The position numbers were made by a program, and so were the translations under genes. This document shows, piece by piece, positions 36,570-50,215 of a stretch of DNA of 64,000 bases; within the stretch, counting starts at the first letter, position 1; every line of letters begins with the position of its first letter. Source of the stretch: Octopus sinensis (lineage: Eukaryota). Under the pieces are notes generated by a model. The model was given only the letters and a program-made list of their open reading frames with translations. It was not told the DNA's origin and did no database searches. The DNA lies in NCBI RefSeq assembly GCF_006345805.1, contig NC_043004.1:80352001-80416000 (forward strand), read 5' to 3'.

Positions 36570-38430
36570 TAAAATCTGTGCCATCAAAGAAGAAGTGCAG
36601 GAATTTTGGAATAAAATTTAGGCTGAAGAAAAAACAATAAAAAGGCCCCTTAGATTGAATGAATATCTACTGACTTAGACTCCTTAGAAGAGCTGAAGTG
36701 GGAGGGTATGAAGGTAGAGATGTAAGATCTGCTCTCGGGAAGTCAAACAAATGGAAGTAAAATTCCTAACTTCTGGTTGAATGCCTTCCTAGAGAGTCAT
36801 GAACCACTAACAAAATTTTACATTAATGTTTTGTAACAACCCAGATTGATTCCATCTTGGCTTGTTAATGGTGTTACATTCTCACTTCCAAAAAAAGAAG
36901 CAAATGTACCAAAAAATTATGGACCCATAAGATGATTAACAACAATGTATAAAATATTGACATCTGTCTTGACTGAATATACCTATAGTTCTTTTAATAG
37001 AAAGTGGCATATTCACTAATGAGCAAAAAAGGGTGTAAACGTGGGTGCTATGGTTGTAAAGATCAGCTACTCATCGATAGGACGATCTTGGAAGATTGTC
37101 ACAAACGACACAAAAACTTGTCGATAGCCTTGATAGACTATTAAAAAAGCTTTTGATAGTCTGCCACACAGCTGCATCAAAAAATGTCTAGAAATGTATA
37201 AAATAGCGTCTACTCTGCGAAACTTCTTGTCTGTAAGTATGAGATCATGGAGAACCACGCTGACTTTGGACAGTGACAATGAATCTCTCAATGCTGGAGA
37301 CAAGAATTCTCATGTGGTAATTTTCAAGGTGATTCTCTATCACCACTTCTCTCTTGTCTAGCCTTAATGCCTCTCTAGAAATTGCTCGATGATGTACAAT
37401 ATGACTATAAAATGTTTGATAAAAATATACAATCATCTCTTTCATTGTTTTAAAGCTCTATGCAAAAAATGACCAACAACTACAGGGCTTACTAGAGATT
37501 GTTAAACAATTCAGTGATGACATCAGGATGCAATTTGGTCTGGATAGATGTGAAAACTACCTTTATCAAAGGAAAAATGATAGAAACATCCAACGTTAAT
37601 CTTGACCAACAGAATGTCATAAAGGAGTTAGAACCAGCGGAGAGCTACAAATACCTAGGGGTAATTGAAGATGATGGAAACATTCAATGATGAAGGAAAG
37701 GATCAGAAGAGAATGTTATCGCAGAGTGAGGGCAATACTGACGACAGAGCTGAATGCAAGAAACAGGATCGAAGCGATCAGTACTTTTGCCATACCGGTC
37801 GTGACTTACAGTTTCAATATCATTAACTGGTCAATTACTGAAATATGTAATCTTGACTGAAAAATGCAAAAGTTGTTGACAATGCATAGAATGCACCGCC
37901 CTAAGGCAGATATAGAATGACTTTACTTGCGAAGAAAAGAAGGTGGCCGTGGACTTTTACAACTGGAAATAAAAATGAAGATTGCCACAACTGGCTACAA
38001 CACCTACCTGAAAAACTCTGAGGACTGGATGTTAAAACTTGTCTTAAAGCATGAAAACAAGAAAGCATCATACTCAGTAGCAAAACAGGCAGAGGAATAT
38101 CTAAGCGAATTCCAAATCCCAGAATTAGACGTACTGGAAACATGCACAGAAAAAAACTAAGCGTATGAAAACGCGTGTTAAAACTGCTGCCTTGGATATT
38201 CTTACTGATAAATGGCAAGAAAAACCTCTCAATGGCAAATACCTAAAGAGAGCTAATAGAGCCAATGTTTACAGATTCCTTACCCATCGACGGTTAGTGT
38301 CTTGTGGCTTAAAATCAGAAACAGAAGTGTTTATCATAGCAGTCTAAGATCAATGCCTGCCTACAAGAAAGTACCGGGCCAACATATTAAAGAACGGCGG
38401 TAGCCCAACATATCGTGTATGTAAACAACA
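36570..38430 (+). mobile_element. R4/Dong-type LINE RT core to zinc knuckle, decayed
   Basis: KIPNFWLNAF, GCKRGCYGCKDQLLIDRTIL, KAFDSLPHS, FQGDSLSPLL, YKYLGVIE, RKEGGRGLLQLE, WQEKPLNGKY, GLKSETEVFIIAV. Confidence 0.92.
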
Positions 38431-38444
38431 ATAACAATATATAT

Positions 38445-38640
38445 ATGTATATATACATTTCTCTCCTTTTCTCTATATATATTTTTCTCTCCTTGTTTTT
38501 TCTGTGTCCCTTTCTGTAGAAAAGCGTAGGCTCGAAACGTAAAAGACTTTTCTATTCTTGGCGTTATACTAATACATCTGTTGTTTTTGTACACCACCTG
38601 TCTTCGTCTTTTGTTTTTTTCGTAAACTCTCCCAATATAT
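38445..38640 (+). mobile_element. Penelope-LTR-like repeat with degenerate minimal hammerhead
   Basis: CTTT-CTGTAGA-A-AAGC-GTAG-GCTC-GAAAC-GTA-AAAG at 38510-38545; TA-flanked. Confidence 0.5.
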
Positions 38641-38673
38641 ATTATATATATATCTATATATATATATATTATA

Positions 38674-38719
<46 letters not shown>

Positions 38720-39004
38720 TATGTATATATACATATGTACACATAAATGAGTTTAAATGGCTATATTGTCCTAAAGTTTCCGTGCCCTCTTAATTCGGTT
38801 TCAGATGCAGGCTAACCACAGCGGTCCTTTTGTGGATACCCGAGTTGACAATAAATTGCTGGGCTGAAACGTGCCTAGGCCCAGAAAAGAATGCTGTAAA
38901 TAACCGTTAAATAAATTTATGGGTGTGAAAAGTCTCCGTTCTCCTAATCATTGTTAATGCATATATAAAGGTGGCGAGCTGGCAGAACCGTTAGCACTCC
39001 GGGA

Positions 39005-39145
39005 ATGTATATATGTGTATATACATCTACAGATATACATGTATGTACATATATGTGTATATATATAGATGTATATGTACAGATGTATAGATATACATAT
39101 ATATGTATAAATGGTTAGGTGTATGCATATGTATATATGTATATG

Positions 39146-39179
<34 letters not shown>

Positions 39180-39303
39180 TATATAATGTATATATATATA
39201 TATACATATCTATATATATATATACTGGTATATATACATATATATAATATATATATATACATAGATATATATATAAATATATACATATATTATAGTATAT
39301 AAA

Positions 39304-39361
<58 letters not shown>

Positions 39362-39453
39362 GTAGATATATATATATATATATATATGTATATAGAATAT
39401 ATATGTATATATATATAATATATTGTATATATATATATATATATATGTATATC

Positions 39454-39532
<79 letters not shown>

Positions 39533-39534
39533 GG

Positions 39535-39594
<60 letters not shown>

Positions 39595-39623
39595 GATATA
39601 TATATAATATATATATATATATA

Positions 39624-39658
<35 letters not shown>

Positions 39659-39715
39659 CATACACATATATATATATATATATACAATACATATATATAT
39701 ATACATACATACATA
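39005..39715. repeat. Long degenerate (TA)n tract; similar at 7020-7325, 16730-16960 and 54665-55035
   Basis: Directly visible. Confidence 0.95.
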
Positions 39716-39719
39716 CCCG

Positions 39720-42556
39720 GCACTAAACGCACTACCGGCCAAGGCGAAGGCCAAAGCACGCATCCCACAATAACATCAACACCACCAAATAGTAAATCGA
39801 AATTCAAAACACACACAAATCGGAGTCCCAAATCTGCCGGTATTCCCAACGTGAGAGAACATGTCTACTGAGTGACTGTCCCTTCACTCATCTTCCAGGG
39901 ACCCGACGCACAAACAGAAACGGGGCTTCAAGCCAACACACAAACCTGAATAAAAATAAAAACAGAACCACACCATGCTGCAGTAATGCTGGTCCAGTCT
40001 TTTCAGGAAGACACAAAAACAACAACAACAAAAGTGGAAACTACAACCCTATCCAACAGTGCAACCACACCTCCAGCCAAAAACTGCTCCCTAAGCAGGA
40101 AAATTCTTTTTAGCCATGTTGAACATGGCAAAAGAGATACACAAAAACATTCTAGCCATCACTCAACACCATCCTATGCTATTACCCAGTGCACCAATTC
40201 CCCACATTGCTGCCACTAACACACACAAAAAATCCAAGCCCCCTGCAACAGTCAAAACAGCCACTACACTAACCTCCACATTCCTACTCAATGCACAAGG
40301 TGTCAGCCCTTCCATCAATGCACAAAAATGGAAGGTCCAATTCATTGAAGACTGGGTGGTAACCATTCACACCACATCCTTTCTTCATTCTCACTGAGAC
40401 CCACCTTGACAACTCCCACTTGGAAGCCGAAGTGAGAGTGAAGAATTTCACAACCATCCGCGCGGATCGTATCGGCAGGAGGAGGGTGGAACTGCCATTT
40501 TGCATGATTCATTTACGGCAGATGGAAATAGTATATTCTCCAACGGCTACTGTGAATCAGTCACCGTGCACAACAAGCCAATGACCTGACAGTAATTGGG
40601 CTCTATAGGCCGCCCCAAACACCCATACTGTGCTTTAAAGAATGCCTCAACAGCATTAAGTGCTTTATTCAACAGTGCCATTCTAGCAACATACTCATGA
40701 TGGGAGACTTCAATCTACCCTGTGTTGACTGGACTACAAACTGTTGAAACCAAGCACTCCCGCCTCAACCGCTGACAAAGAAGAGCAGAGTCACTTTTCG
40801 ACTTTACGAATGAGTTTTTCTTGTCCAACTTGTCCTTGCACCAACAAGACATCAGAACATTTTGGACCTAGTGTTTAGTAACACACTAACACTATACATA
40901 ACGTTACAGTGGAAAAACCCTTCTTTCAGACCATGACATGGTTCTCTGTAACATGAAATTCCACCAGCCGAAAGCTAATCCTAGTGACCTTCCTCCAGCC
41001 CACCCATTTGACAACATGGATCTCCATAATGCCAACTGGGATGCAATCAGGAAGGAGCTATCACATGTTGACTGGTCCTTTACACATACACACATCTCCA
41101 CCAACCATAAAAACATTTGGCAGATCTTTGTAGACACCGTCACAGACATATGTGCAAAACACTCCCCACCAAGACCTGTGAACAAAAAGTGCAGAATCCC
41201 CCCAAACAAAAAAACCATTATCAGAAAAATAAAAAGAACAAACAAAAAAATAAAACTAAAGTACTGCCAACAGCAACACACACATTCGACGGCTATCGCA
41301 CTGCTTGAATCTAAAAAATATAACCTCCAACAATGCATGAAGACCCTCATCAATAACCAAAGATCAGCTGAGGAGAAGTGGGCATTGAAAAAATCAAACT
41401 CAACCCCAAATGTTCTTTTCATTTGCGAGGAAACGCAGGGTCACTGTCTCCACTGTAGGCCCTCTAATGACGAAACTGGCACTCTCCAAGATAATGCCAA
41501 ATCCATGGCCGAGATACTGCAGAAACAACACTGCTCTGTTTTCAGCAATCCTGATATGGCCGATCTGGGCTGTATCAGTGATGTACCCCCAACACACTAT
41601 ATCGGACATAAAGTTTAGTGCCCCTGATGTCTTAGCGGCGATAAACGAAATAAAACACAATTCAGCAGTAGGCCCCGATAGGTTCCCTGCTTGTGTCCTG
41701 AAGGTGTGTCGACACCAACTTGCATCTCCCCTTGCTAATCTGTGGAGAAACTCACTGATGCTGGCTATATTCCAAAAAACCTTCTGTCCCAGTCTGTTGT
41801 CCCAGTTTTCAAAAGGGAAACAAGTCCTTGCAGTGAATTACCGTCCGATCTCACTCACCTCTCATATCATCAAGGTATTTGAGAGGGTGGTGAGATCTCG
41901 AATAACCAATTTCTGGAAGCAACAGACGGCTGATCTCCAACCAACATGGGTTCCGTAATGGAAGGGACTGCCTAACGCAGCTCTCGCATCACTTGAGGAC
42001 ATTTTGAGAGCTTTGGGAGAGGGCTCCAACACACCGATGTCATCTACCTTGATTTCAGTAAGGCCTTCCACAGGGTCGATCACAAGATCCTATGAAAAAA
42101 CTATCCAACATGGTGGTCTCTGGAAAGTTACGAAATGGATCAAGTGTTTCCTGACAGACAGATCTCAACATGTTGTAGTTGAAGGGGTAAAATCAAGCCC
42201 AGCCAAAGTCAGTAGTGGCGTTCCGCAAGGCACTGTGCTGGGCCCACTCTTTTCATCATTTACATTATGACATTAATGACATCATCAAGCCACAGCAACA
42301 TAAAAACTTGCAGATGACTCCAAGCTACAGAAGGTCTAAATGAGGCGAGTGACCGGACATGCCTTCAGTCAGATCTACTGGCTGTTATCCAATGGGCAGA
42401 AAAAAACAATATGCTGCTGGACGAGGATAAATTTGAGCTAATCCACTTTGAAAAGAGGATGCCCTGAAACTCCCATACTCCCTCCTTCAGGTGAAACTCT
42501 CGCGGGCGCCAACAACATCAGAGCTGGGAGTATTGTGGACAACAACATAAGCTGGG
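39720..42556 (+). mobile_element. CR1-type LINE, long decayed copy (APE endonuclease + RT), cut off by the assembly gap
   Basis: Frameshifted motifs LTETHLD, TIRADR, GLYRPP, MGDFNLPCVDW, LDLVFSN and SDHDMV (APE), then AVGPDRFPACVLK, NYRPISLTSHIIKVFERVV, DFSKAF and SGVPQGTVLGPL (RT). The 5' boundary is approximate. Confidence 0.9.
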
Positions 42557-42656
42557 NNNNNNNNNNNNNNNNNNNNNNNNNNNNNNNNNNNNNNNNNNNN
42601 NNNNNNNNNNNNNNNNNNNNNNNNNNNNNNNNNNNNNNNNNNNNNNNNNNNNNNNN
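42557..42656. other. Assembly gap (100 N)
   Basis: Run of N; true size unknown. Confidence 1.
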
Positions 42657-42959
42657 AGATATGAGAGAAATGGGTAGAAATGAGAGAGAGAAACAGAGAC
42701 AGAGAAATAAAGGAAGAGAGAAAAGAAGGATAAAGACAGAGAAAGAGAAAGAGAGAGAGAGAGGAAAGAAATGAATGAATGAAAGAGAAAATTAGAAAGA
42801 GTGGAAGGAGTGAGTTTTTAAGGAGCAACAGCGATAGGCGCAGCAGAGAAAAAGAGAGTAACGGTGAGAGAATGGGCAATGTACGGTGGTAGCAGTCGTA
42901 TATCAGCGATAGTGGGAGGTAAGTGTAAATGGTGGGGGCGGCGATGGTGGCCCTAATAG

Positions 42960-43446
42960 TGTTAGTCTTCATAGTGGCGGTGGTGGCGTAGGTGTTGGCG
43001 CTGCTGTTAATGTCGGTGGAGGTGGCGGCGGCGACGGCGAATGCGCTGCTGTTAATGACAGTGGTAGTAGTGGTGGCGGCGGCGGCGGTGTTAGTCGCTT
43101 ATCGTCGCCGTCGTTGTGAATGTCCTCCCTCTTCCCTCTCTCTTTAACCATATCAATAGTAGCGCTATTAGCGATAGTGCTGGTTGTGGTGCTGATAGTA
43201 GAAGCAGTAGTAGCAACAGCAGCAGCAGCAGCAGCAGTAGCGACAGCGGCGGCAGCAGCAATAGTCGAAGTAGTAGTAGTAGTAGTAGTGGTTGTGGTGG
43301 TGTTGAGACCGATTTTTGTTAAGCTCCTCTTATTCGGCAGTGGCTTTTAAACCGTGTGTGTGTGTGAAAACCGCAGGATAAGTCTACCCTCGGTTACTAA
43401 CAACAGCGAAGGATAATTATTATTACTATTATTATTAATACCAAAG
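42960..43446 (+). promoter_or_regulatory. Putative promoter/non-coding 5'UTR exon of the glypican gene
   Basis: Locally GC/CpG-rich with (GGC)n, (GCA)n and (GTA)n tracts. Candidate donor AAAG|GTGATT at 43446/43447 would give a 323-bp microsatellite-filled intron to the 43769 acceptor. TSS not determinable. Confidence 0.4.
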
Positions 43447-43846
43447 GTGATTTTTAAACCTCTCCATCACACACACACACATATATATATATAAACATAC
43501 ATACACATTCATAAACACACACACACATACACACATATATATATAAACACATCTATACATACACACATCGGCATATCTTTATATATATATACATACATAT
43601 AAATATACAGCTATCTTTTCTTTCTGTAATATTTATATATATGTATATACATACATTTATATGCTTTTACACTGTGTTTTAAAAATATACATCATCCAAA
43701 TATAAATATATACACACATACATCTATACATACATATTACATATATATATATATTCACTTACATTTCAGAAGTTAGATCGATTAATTTATCGATCGTTTG
43801 AAATTACAATATATCAATATAAATCATTCACCAAAAGGAAAAAGCG

Positions 43847-44096
43847 ATGGAGAAACACATTATGGCCGTTAGCAAACGGTTGGTGTTTGTATTATTAGTA
43901 TCGTTTTTATGTTCGTGTTCTTTCTGTGGCAGTAACGTGGTCTTACCTGATCAAAATCCCGCTAGCTTTATCACGTCAGACTCCTTAATTGGGAATAACA
44001 ACGGCAGTCATACCGACCAGTGTGCCCAAGTGAAAAATAGATATGTAAAGATTAACCATGGTGACCCCCAACACGTACCTTCTCGACCGACACCCG
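43847..44096 (+). CDS. GPC5: Glypican, GPC3/GPC5 (Dally) subfamily, first coding exon (signal peptide plus first conserved Cys segment)
   Basis: MEKHIMAVSKRLVFVLLVSFLCSCSFCGS is signal-peptide-like. CAQVKNRYVKINHGDPQHVPSRPTPG aligns with recalled human GPC3 [25 protein letters not shown] and GPC5 CEEVRKLFQWRLLGAVRGLPDSPRAG (C1, V4, G14, P-x-x-P-x-x-G). The donor G|GTTAGT (GT at 44097-44098) splits the Gly codon in phase 1, as in vertebrate glypican intron 1. Acceptor TTACATTTCAG at 43759-43769 gives exon 43770-44096. GPC3 versus GPC5 cannot be resolved. Confidence 0.8.
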
Positions 44097-45435
44097 GTTA
44101 GTATATGTATATATATATATATATCTATCTATATATATATAAATTTGTATTTATATTTAAATTTCTTTTTTTTATGGTTTGCATTATTATTATTGTCACT
44201 TTGTAAAATTGATGTTCTTGGTTTCGTTTATTAAATGCGAATAATGAAAAAAAAACAAAAAAACTGATTAAAAAAAATTTAATAAAATGAAATATGAATG
44301 AATGAAATGAGTGATATCTGTGTTAAAAATAATTATTAATTAAATTTTTAATTTACAAGAAAGAAAATGATGTTGACGACCAGAATGTGTGATATTTATA
44401 TATTAATTCTAGTTGGTTTTTATGCTCTTGTGGTTTAAGGAATGAATGAATATGTGTGTATGTGTGTTGAGTTGTACTTTCAAGTGTGCCTATGTCCAAC
44501 TATCTTTTATACATAAACATATATATACACATATATATATAATACACACGTGTGTGTGTGTAAATGTATTTAGTTGTTGATAAAGGATGTCGATTGTATT
44601 TTGTGTGGGGTACACGTGCGCGTGTGTGTGTTCAATTGTAAATCATTGAATTTAATTATTTGTACAGATTTCAAGTGTGTGTGTGTGTGTATGTATTTAT
44701 ATATATATAGTTACCTATATATATATAGTTACCTATATATATATATTATATGCATGTAGGTATATATAAATAAGGCTATGCTGATTACTTTTGCATAGTG
44801 CGCGTGCACATATATAAATATGCTATTTGTACTCTGTATATGTTTTCCGTTTGTACTCCCTGCGCGCGCGTGCGTGTGTGTGTGTGTGACTGTGTTACCA
44901 TGTGTATGATTAAATAAAGATGGAATTTAATTGGTAATTAGTCTTCTTTCTTAATTTAAACCATCCATTTCTCTCAGCATCATCGATTCGGCGGCAGCCA
45001 TCAACGTTACCGTTGATATTTGTCAAGACAGCATACTTTTAATGTGTTCTGCTGGTTACACTGAATCAAATACAGTTTTGCTTTGAGTGTGTGCGTCTGT
45101 ATGTATGTGGTGTGCATGCATGCATGCGTGCGTGTGTGTATGTGTGTATCTTCCCATTCATTTCGGCTTCTCTAAAATTTCTTCTATTTTTCTCTAGCTT
45201 TTCACCCAGTTTAGTTCTTTTAATTTTTTTCTTTATCTACGTACAATCCTATATTATTTCTCCTCTCCCTCGTTAAAGGGTCTCTCGACAACTCATGCTT
45301 AGGGAAACCGTACAATGGACGACTTCCCAATGATACTTATACACACACACACACACAGGGGATACATCTATCTGTCTACAAACCTACGTATACATACTTC
45401 TATTTCTTTCATACACATACAGATATACGCCTATG

Positions 45436-45498
<63 letters not shown>

Positions 45499-47264
45499 TT
45501 TCCCTTGCCAGACGGCAGACAAACAAGACACAACGCACAAATATATACGTACTAACACATGCACACACATCGTTACATTTATAACACCCTAATGATTCGA
45601 TCGTCGTTGCAAATGCTCTTCTTTTCTCTTCATCATCATCATCATCTACTTCTTCTTCTTCTTCTTCCTAATTTCCAACATTTGTTTGGTCCATCCATCG
45701 TTTTTGATACGAGCACCTGCCTTTGTTAATTGTTTGTATGCCGTTTTATATTTTCTAAGAAGAGGGGAAAAGTGAAGCAGGCAAAGCTCGGCTTTAAAAA
45801 GCAAGGAAGGCAAAGCCAGGCAAGCTATAAGCCAAGCATCAGATATTTTCACTTCTCACGTTCTTTTAAGATAAAGAGACTATGAGAATGCTTGCGTTTG
45901 CAAATAGAACTTACAGTGGCCTTTTTTTTTTTTCCTCCTTCCTCCACGAATCTTATTTTAAAAGTTCCTTAGCAACTGCCTGCCTAACGTGACTACAAAA
46001 TGCGACAATAGAAACTCCACTAAATTTTGTAGCTGCTTCTATGTCAGTTCTTAAGGGATTACTGTGAAATTAGGTGCCTGTGTATGTGTGCGTGTGTGCG
46101 TGTTTAGACATACCTACAGAGATTTTGGTCGTGTTAGAATTTGGGGTATGCAGGATACATTTAGGGAGAGCTGTGCTGTACCTATGTTGATATTGTTATC
46201 GGTGGTGGTGGTAGTGATGGCGTTAGTTATATAGTGTTTAAGAAAGGCATTTCCATATAGCTATAGTTACACTGCTGTTTAAGGCTTTCGAAAAAGGCAT
46301 ACACATACGCACACATATATACTGTTGTTTTAAAGTATATCGTTGTTTGTCTGTAAAGGTTTTCAAAGATATTTATGCACATACGATGTTGAATTGTGTG
46401 TGACTATACACACACGTACATATATGTGTTTGGAGGGAACTAGATAGATATATGGACAGTTGTATGTCAGTGTGTGTGTGTGTGTGTGTGTATGTACATG
46501 CATAAGGTCCTATACGTATATACCCAGACAAAGATGAAGTATATGTCTATGTATGTATGTACGTATGTATCTATTCATCTATCTATCTATCATCTATTCT
46601 ATCTCTCTCTCTCTCTTTCTCTCTTTCTGTCTGCCTATCTATATATCTAATTGTCTGTCTGTCTAACTATCTATATGTGTGTCTCTCTCTATATATGTAT
46701 GTATATGTGTATATATGTATATCTATGTTTGTACACAACATACATGGAGATTATAACGAGGGAGATTGATATATACATTTATGTTATCACGTTTTCATAA
46801 CTCCATAAAGAGATAAATAAAACAAGAGATAACAGTTATTAAAAGCATTATCGGTTCATTCACATAACGTACACACACACACACACGCACATATATGCAC
46901 GTATGCCTAATAAGAGCCTAATGCCAAAGCAAATTTAATCGCAATTCTATTATCTTTCAACAACATTTAAACTTGCTATATTATTCACACGTACAGAAAA
47001 GGTAGAAAATTAAGGAAAAAAAAAAACTAAGGCAGGTTTATGAAACTGGTTGAAGAGACGACGCACAGACAGAAACGTTATTGGATCGTCAGATTGATTT
47101 TAAGAAAGTCCTCTAGACTTTACTTGTTCGTGATAATAACCCCTTTTCTGCTTTACCTAATAAATTGGCACCATTTTTTCCCCTCAGCATGTGTGTGTGG
47201 CTACTTCTCTCTCTCTCTAACCCATTTATCTTTCCTCTCATCAATCTTTTGTCCGTCTTTTTAC

Positions 47265-47271
47265 CACTATC

Positions 47272-47343
<72 letters not shown>

Positions 47344-47346
47344 CGT

Positions 47347-47399
<53 letters not shown>

Positions 47400-47402
47400 C
47401 GT

Positions 47403-47443
<41 letters not shown>

Positions 47444-47446
47444 CGT

Positions 47447-47479
<33 letters not shown>

Positions 47480-47482
47480 CGT

Positions 47483-47535
<53 letters not shown>

Positions 47536-47538
47536 CGT

Positions 47539-47569
<31 letters not shown>

Positions 47570-47611
47570 AATATCTATCTATCTTTCTATGTCTATCTAT
47601 CTATCTATCTA

Positions 47612-47640
<29 letters not shown>
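47265..47640 (+). repeat. (ATCT)n with recurring CCGTTT interruptions; similar tract at 48200-48670
   Basis: Directly visible; source of the LSIY ORFs. Confidence 0.95.
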
Positions 47641-47645
<5 letters not shown>

Positions 47646-48252
47646 GGTTTATCCATACCATCCTTCTATTAATCAATCCATCTGTTAGTGTCTTTGTATA
47701 TCTCCATCAAAATTACCTATCTACGTATCCCTCTATCCTATATCTATCTATCTGTCTGTCTGTCTGTCAGTTTGTCCATCCATCTATCCAGCATCCCCTC
47801 CGTCTCATCAAACACGCTGTATCTGCCTACATACGACTACTTCACCGTGTCTGCCGCTCTCTAAATGGAGGTAGATAAAGCATGTAGATGTAGATAAGTA
47901 GATGCGTGTGTTTATATTTATTAGACTTATACCAATTTTTGTCTGTTTATCGATCTACCTGTCAGCGTTCGAGAGACAAATATGGAGAGATTAGATTCAG
48001 ATGATCTTGATTAAATTGATACTCGTATCACTTAAAAGCGGTGCCAATATGCACATGCACTATTTTTCTCTGCTCACTTCTTACATTTTACTCCACAGAG
48101 TGCTTTTCTAAGTGATGTATCTATTTTATCTTTTCGGCTATGCATTTAGCTAGGCTACCTGTGCGCACTGTCGATTTATACGTGCTTTTGTCTATGTCTG
48201 TCTGTCTGTATGTATGTATGTATGTTTATTTAGCTATCTATCTATCTGTCTG

Positions 48253-48328
<76 letters not shown>

Positions 48329-48401
48329 CTATCTATCTATCTATCTATCTATTTATCTATCTATCTATCTGTCTGATTGTCTGTCTGTCTGTCTGTCTCT
48401 T

Positions 48402-48432
<31 letters not shown>

Positions 48433-48521
48433 GTCTATCTATTTATCTATCTGTCTGTCTGTCTACCTATCTGCCTGTCTGTCTATCTGCCTACCTTTCT
48501 ATTCATCTGTCTATCCATTAC

Positions 48522-48613
<92 letters not shown>

Positions 48614-49602
48614 GCTATCTGTCTGTCTGTCTGTCTGTCCGTGTGTGTATCTGTCTGTCTCTGTCTATCCTTTCATAAATATTTGCTTATGCATATACAT
48701 ACTTGCATATATGTGTAGTATATGCATGCTTATATATGTGTAGAGATGTGTGTGTGTGTGTGTGTGTAAACACAGACACCTGCATATACCATACCTATCT
48801 CTCAGTATATATATATATATCACTGTTCATTCATTGGTGTACATATCTTTAATAAGATCTTGCGTACTGGGGTCGATCTCATCGACTGATCCCCTCTCCA
48901 AAAATTTCGGGCCTTGTGCCTCGAGTAGAAAAGAATATTAAGAGAGGAACAAGGAAAACCTTCCATAAACCCGAAAGAAACTTATATAATTCTGAAATGG
49001 TTGGAGAGCGACGAAACGAAAACAACACAAAAGCAACAAAAAGCAGAAACGAACGAATACAAAAACGCCTCCATAGACATCACCTAAATTTCATACTGTT
49101 ATCAACTTGATTAATTACCAAGTGGCACCCACATTTTCTGTGTCAAATTCTGTATTTACTTAGTCTTTCTGTTCAAATGCACTGAAGACCAACGGAAAAA
49201 TAAACACCCACCCATGTCATCATGTAGATGGCGTTTAAGTCGTTTGATGACGGGTTTTCTAGGTTATTTAACCACACTCCCTGTAAACTAAATGCTGTGT
49301 GTGTGTACATACATGTACATACATACATATATGTATGTATAAACATTTTTAGAATGAGATAAAAATCCAAGGCTGTGAAAGATTTTAGAACATTTATAAA
49401 GAGGTCTTACAGCTGTTTCCGGGATTATATATTTACGTATATGCGCATATTATTTTATTCTTTTATTTGTTTCAGTTAATTGACTGCGGTCATGCTGTAG
49501 CATCGCTTTTTAGTCGAAGAAATTGACCCCTGGTAAGCCTGATGCTTATTCTGTCGGTTGTCAAGTGGGGTGACGCACACACATACACGCAAATATAGAT
49601 AA

Positions 49603-49633
<31 letters not shown>

Positions 49634-50029
49634 TATAGATAGATAGATAGATTGACAGAGGGAGAGAGAGAGAGAGAGAGGCGGATAGGTAGATGAGCAC
49701 GAAGAAAATTTTGACAGTGATTCCCGATTTCCCCGTGAACTGCCGGTTTCAACTGAGATTGTGAAGCAACCGGTGGTCTACTGCGAAACTTCGAAGTCTC
49801 AGTCAGTCTTTTCCATTTAGATATTTCATATTCTGATTCTTCAGTCAATATTTGACTTCCTTAATGTGTGTGTGTTTGTGTGGACGAAATGAACCGGCGA
49901 TCCCGATCCTATATCTCCACACGGTTCTAATTGTCTGCTGCACCTAAAATAATTCCGCCAACCTACACACAAACTTAAGGGTCGAGAGGATAACAACAAC
50001 AACAACAACGCTTTCAAGTTTTGGCAGAA

Positions 50030-50215
50030 GGTCAGCGATTGGCGGAGAGGGTGTTAGTCGATTACATCACCCCCCATTGCTCAACTGGTACTTATTTTGT
50101 CAACCACAAAAGGATGAAAGGCAAAGTCGGCTTCGGCGAAATTTGAACTCAGAACATAAAGACAGAAAAAATTTTTAAATGCATTTTTTACCGGCGTGCT
50201 AACGATTCTGCCAGA
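50030..50215 (-). mobile_element. SINE family A, alternative tail
   Basis: GGATGAAAGGCAAAGTCGGC...ATTTGAACTCAGAAC...GCTAACGATTCTGCCAG. Confidence 0.8.

Noticed and set aside
44978-45090. Candidate glypican exon 2 after the acceptor CCATTTCTCTCAG
   Set aside because: The phase-1 frame gives ASSIRRQPSTLPLIFVKTAYF-stop, with no LxVC/TCC motif and no good donor.
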